Shown piece after piece: positions 35,081 to 36,618 of a stretch of 36,618 nucleotides of DNA. Below the pieces are notes generated by a model. That model saw nothing but the letters and a program-made list of their open reading frames with translations, ran no database searches and was not told the DNA's origin. A program made the position numbers and the translations under genes. The stretch's first letter is position 1. Each line of letters begins with the position of its first letter. Source of the stretch: a virus; the UHGV virus genome UHGV-0373331. The stretch is one strand, 5' to 3'.

Positions 35081-35240
35081 AGAATATTTAATGACGTATG
35101 AAAAGACGAGCTATGATGGAAGGTATACTGAGAAAACTAGTCATCAAATACGAATACCAGCACTGACACTTTTTGACGCTGTAGATTATGCGTATAATAC
35201 GCTAGAATTAGAAGAGATTACGGAGGTATATGAAGCATGA
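35058..35240 (+). CDS. Small protein, tandem paralog B
   Basis: IKEYLMTYEKTSYDGRY...IPALTLFDAVDYAY aligns with the previous ORF. Confidence 0.4.
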   Translation: MRGTTMIKEYLMTYEKTSYDGRYTEKTSHQIRIPALTLFDAVDYAYNTLELEEITEVYEA

Positions 35241-35334
35241 TTTGGATCATGAAAGCTAAAATATTAGATATTGAAAAAGTATCAGTATACGCAGAAACTA
35301 AAGAGTATATGAATTTTACAAAAATATTGTATAA

Positions 35335-36618
35335 ATGGGAGGCTATACATTGAAACTATTTGACTATCAGAAAGAGGCAATTGAAAATTTTGAGAGTAAA
35401 CCTTTGAACCTATCAGACGTTGGAACAGGTAAGTCATACATGAGTATTGGCTCATATATAAAAAGTAAGTGTAATAAGCTATTAATTATTTGTCTAGCTC
35501 CTAAAGTGTTAGATTTTGTGGAAGATGGAGAAGCATTTGGTTTGAAAATTACACCCCTTAACAACGGTACTAAAAAGAATAGAGAGTTACTAACAGAATC
35601 AAACCATGTGGCAATCAGTTTTGAGAGTAGTTGGCGCTTAACTGAGTTGTTGAAATGGGTAGACAAAGATAGTTTCATTATCATTGATGAGTCACACAAA
35701 GTAGGTGTATCTAAATCTAAAGTAACCAAGTTCGTTATGCAGCTAAGTAAGAAAGCCAAACACACGTATTTATGTACAGCAACCCCTGTCAGCAATGGAA
35801 AACTAGAAAACTGGTACTCACAACTATATATCGCAAACGTCTTTAGAAAGCCTAAGAAAGAGTTTGAACAACTATTCGTTATCAAACAAATGAGACAAAT
35901 GGGTTCAATGCGTTTTATGGATATTGTGGGCTATCAGAATGAACATCTACTTCAACAAATGATTGACGACGCTAGTGTTAACTATACACGTGATAAAGGC
36001 TATTTGCCACAAGATTATATTTATAAAACGAAAAAGCCAGCAATGTACAATAAGCTGAAGAAAAATAGAATCTATAAAGATGACTTTGATCACATTGTGG
36101 AATTAGATAACGCGAGTAATCTATTTAACAGACTCAGACAAGTCAGTCATGGTTTTCTAGAAGGTGTACTGAAACCAGTTTCTAAAGAACCATTTGAACG
36201 CGTAGAAGCAATTCTTGAGACACATAATGACGAACGTGTGGTTATCTTCTACAATTATAGAGCTGAGTATTTAATGTTACGTATGCTATTAGATAAATTG
36301 AAACGACCATATGGTGTATACAATGGTAACTTAAAGGAGCTAGATAACTTTAAAAACAATGAAAATGGTGTAGTTCTAGCACAATACAAGTCAGCCTCAA
36401 CAGGTATAAACGATTTTGTAATTAGTAATGTGATGATTTTTAACAGTTTACCTTTAAGTTCAACTGAGTACTTACAGGCAAAAGGCAGAATAGATAGACA
36501 TAAGCAGACTAACACACCACTGTATTATACTATCGTTCCAGATACACCCATTGAGAAAAAGATATTTGAAACAGTCACAAATGGAAAAGATTTTACAAAT
36601 GAAATGATTGAGGAGAGT
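35335..36618 (+). CDS. SNF2/DEAD-like superfamily 2 helicase, 3'-truncated by the window end
   Basis: The frame is open from 35335 (ATG) or 35350 (TTG after GGGAGG) to the last base. It carries motif I DVGTGKS, motif II DESHK, motif III TATP and motif VI QAKGRIDR. It is absent from the ORF track because there is no stop in the window. Confidence 0.75.
   Translation, partial: MGGYTLKLFDYQKEAIENFESKPLNLSDVGTGKSYMSIGSYIKSKCNKLLIICLAPKVLDFVEDGEAFGLKITPLNNGTKKNRELLTESNHVAISFESSWRLTELLKWVDKDSFIIIDESHKVGVSKSKVTKFVMQLSKKAKHTYLCTATPVSNGKLENWYSQLYIANVFRKPKKEFEQLFVIKQMRQMGSMRFMDIVGYQNEHLLQQMIDDASVNYTRDKGYLPQDYIYKTKKPAMYNKLKKNRIYKDDFDHIVELDNASNLFNRLRQVSHGFLEGVLKPVSKEPFERVEAILETHNDERVVIFYNYRAEYLMLRMLLDKLKRPYGVYNGNLKELDNFKNNENGVVLAQYKSASTGINDFVISNVMIFNSLPLSSTEYLQAKGRIDRHKQTNTPLYYTIVPDTPIEKKIFETVTNGKDFTNEMIEES

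Noticed and set aside
35367-35885. Minus-strand 172-aa ORF from the track
   Set aside because: The plus strand here encodes an SF2 helicase with motifs I, II, III and VI in order. The minus ORF is an antisense artefact.
1-36618. Lysogeny module (integrase, CI/Cro repressors, attP)
   Set aside because: No ORF has tyrosine or serine recombinase signatures or an HTH-repressor profile. The genome appears strictly lytic.
1-36618. tRNA or other structured RNA genes
   Set aside because: No cloverleaf-compatible segments were found by inspection. The intergenic hairpins are all simple terminator-like stems.

Overview
This window reads as most of the genome of a virulent, cos-type siphovirus from a low-GC Gram-positive host. 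I found no integrase, repressor or other lysogeny genes, and no tRNA or CRISPR array. It is not the whole genome: the last gene is cut by the window end.

The window divides into two blocks.

1. Plus-strand early and replication block (1-8703 and 30600-36618). It carries a Prim-Pol, a family B DNA polymerase with 3'-5' exonuclease motifs, an NrdH-like redoxin, an MBL-fold hydrolase, a TM2-domain membrane protein and an SSB-like protein with an acidic DEELPF tail. It also has a D5/P4-type primase-helicase, a VRR-NUC nuclease and an SNF2/DEAD-like helicase that runs off the 3' end of the window. Several NUMOD4/HNH homing-endonuclease genes, intact or degenerate, and many small ORFs of unknown function are scattered through it.

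2. Minus-strand late block (8743-30187). In transcription order it runs from an HNH_5 endonuclease through a G-rich candidate cos region (28700-28976) and a full-consensus promoter into the packaging and head genes. These are a NUMOD4-HNH gene, the small (P27-type) and large terminase subunits, a small membrane ORF, an HK97-type portal, the prohead protease and the major capsid protein. The tail genes follow: the major tail protein, the G/GT chaperone with an AAAAAAG slippery site, and a 1437-aa tape measure protein with SLT and M15 peptidase domains. After them come an enlarged Dit, the Tal, a tail fibre candidate, and the XhlA-holin-amidase lysis cassette.

The main observations are:

- A two-class promoter design. 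Early promoters are TTGACA-17-TATACTTAGT, some with a hairpin in the spacer. Late promoters lack a -35 box and are terminator-hairpin + TGnTATAAT cassettes in front of almost every late gene cluster.
- An AT-rich iteron and inverted-repeat array (30250-30590) that looks like a replication origin or operator region.
- A -1 frame Big_2 Ig-like extension overlapping the capsid stop codon.
- Multiple homing-endonuclease insertions, including one between the candidate cos region and the small terminase gene.
- Several paralogous small-protein families.
- Several small, strongly RBS-preceded membrane ORFs that are absent from the ORF track.

All functional calls rest on motif recognition by eye; no database searches were run.
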